Source: Vicugna vicugna
Lineage: Eukaryota
Direction of reading: 5' to 3'
Length of the DNA: 64,000 nucleotides
Assembly (NCBI GenBank): GCA_013265495.1
Contig: MU058213.1
Coordinates: forward strand, 2,976,001-3,040,000
The notes beneath the pieces were generated by a model. The model worked only from the letters and a program-made list of their open reading frames with translations, searched no databases and had not been told where the DNA came from. The position numbers and the translations under genes were made by a program. How positions within the stretch are numbered: position 1 is the first letter of the stretch; every line of letters starts with the position of its first letter. Positions 63,139 through 64,000 of this stretch are shown here, piece after piece.

Positions 63139-63653
63139 TTAATTTTATGTCAACTTGACTGGGCCACAAGATGCCCAAACATTTGGTCAAACATTATTCT
63201 TCGTATGACTTTGATAATGTTTCTGGATAAGATTACCATTTGAATTGATAGGCTAAGCAAAGCAAATTACCCTCCCTAATGTGGAAGGAGCTTCATCCAA
63301 TCAGATGAAGACCAGAATAGAACAAAAAGGCTGAGCAAGAGGGAACTTCTCCCTCATGAATTAATGAGCTGGGGACATTGGTCTTTTCCAACCTTCAGAC
63401 TCAGACTGCAACACCAGCTCTCCTGCCGTCTCGAGCCTTTAGGACTGGATGCCAGCTTTGGGACTAGAACTACACAGCAGCTTTTCTGTGTCTCCAGCTT
63501 GCTAACTGAAGATCTAGGGGCTTCTCAGCCTCTGTAATTGCATGAGCCAATTCCTTATAATAAATCTCTTTATAGATATACATCTAGATAAATGTATAAA
63601 TATCTATATCTATCCTATGGGTTCTGTTTCTCTGGAGGACTTTGACTAATACA
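63139..63653 (+). mobile_element. ERVL MLT2 LTR (MLT2B/D-like)
   Basis: ttaattttatgtcaacttgactgggcca...aaacattattct...ggttctgtttctctggaggactttgactaataca. Confidence 0.9.
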
Positions 63654-64000
63654 CATAATCACCACCTCACTTTTTGTAGAATTTTGCTGCTGCAGGTAAT
63701 TTTCAGATTTAGATCTCTCCAAAAGATCAAAAGGTTTAGTTTCAGGACAAATTCCAGGGAGTCACTTGTGATTTCTTCTACTTTTCTTAATCGTAAATGT
63801 TGATTAAGAAGGCAAATTGCAAAAGCAAAGCTGTTTCTTCTCCTTTCCTGCTGCATTTGACTCAGAACTACCGTGAGACCAAAATATTCTGAGAATGCAT
63901 ATAAATCACACATCACAAGGTCAAAATAAAATAGCATTAACCAACCTGAGAGAAATATTCAAGTGAATTGAGGGCAATCAGACTGAGAATGGTGGTAAAA

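Noticed and set aside
1..64000. CRISPR arrays, operons or prokaryotic defence systems
   Set aside because: The sequence is clearly mammalian; there are no regularly spaced repeat-spacer arrays or dense ORFs.

Overview
Repeat-rich mammalian intergenic or intronic DNA, most likely from a camelid. Two tRNA-derived SINEs resemble the camelid Vic-1 family, and I see no Alu, Bov-A/Bov-tA or PRE1. I cannot support any host protein-coding exon: every recognisable ORF is a LINE-1 ORF1/ORF2 remnant or an antisense shadow of one. The window holds ancient eutherian repeats (L2, MIR, L3/CR1, L1M, MLT1/MLT2, LTR16/LTR33, MER5/MER20/MER33) plus young lineage-specific L1 copies and an ERV1 solo LTR. The main structure is a nested L1 complex at 49701-57175. 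A + strand L1 lacking its RT domain carries two insertions: an antisense, TSD-flanked 2.83-kb element made of 5'UTR + ORF1 + 3' end with ORF2 almost entirely missing (half-L1/HAL1-like architecture), and a ~54-bp L1 3' stub. A third 5'-intact L1 (27442-31307) also lacks the ORF2 core. Other points of note are a probable ancient L1 3' transduction, a strong CTCF core+upstream motif next to a very young L1, and an unexplained 27-bp direct repeat ~10.5 kb apart. Repeat subfamily names come from recalled consensus features, not a database search, and boundaries of old repeats are approximate.
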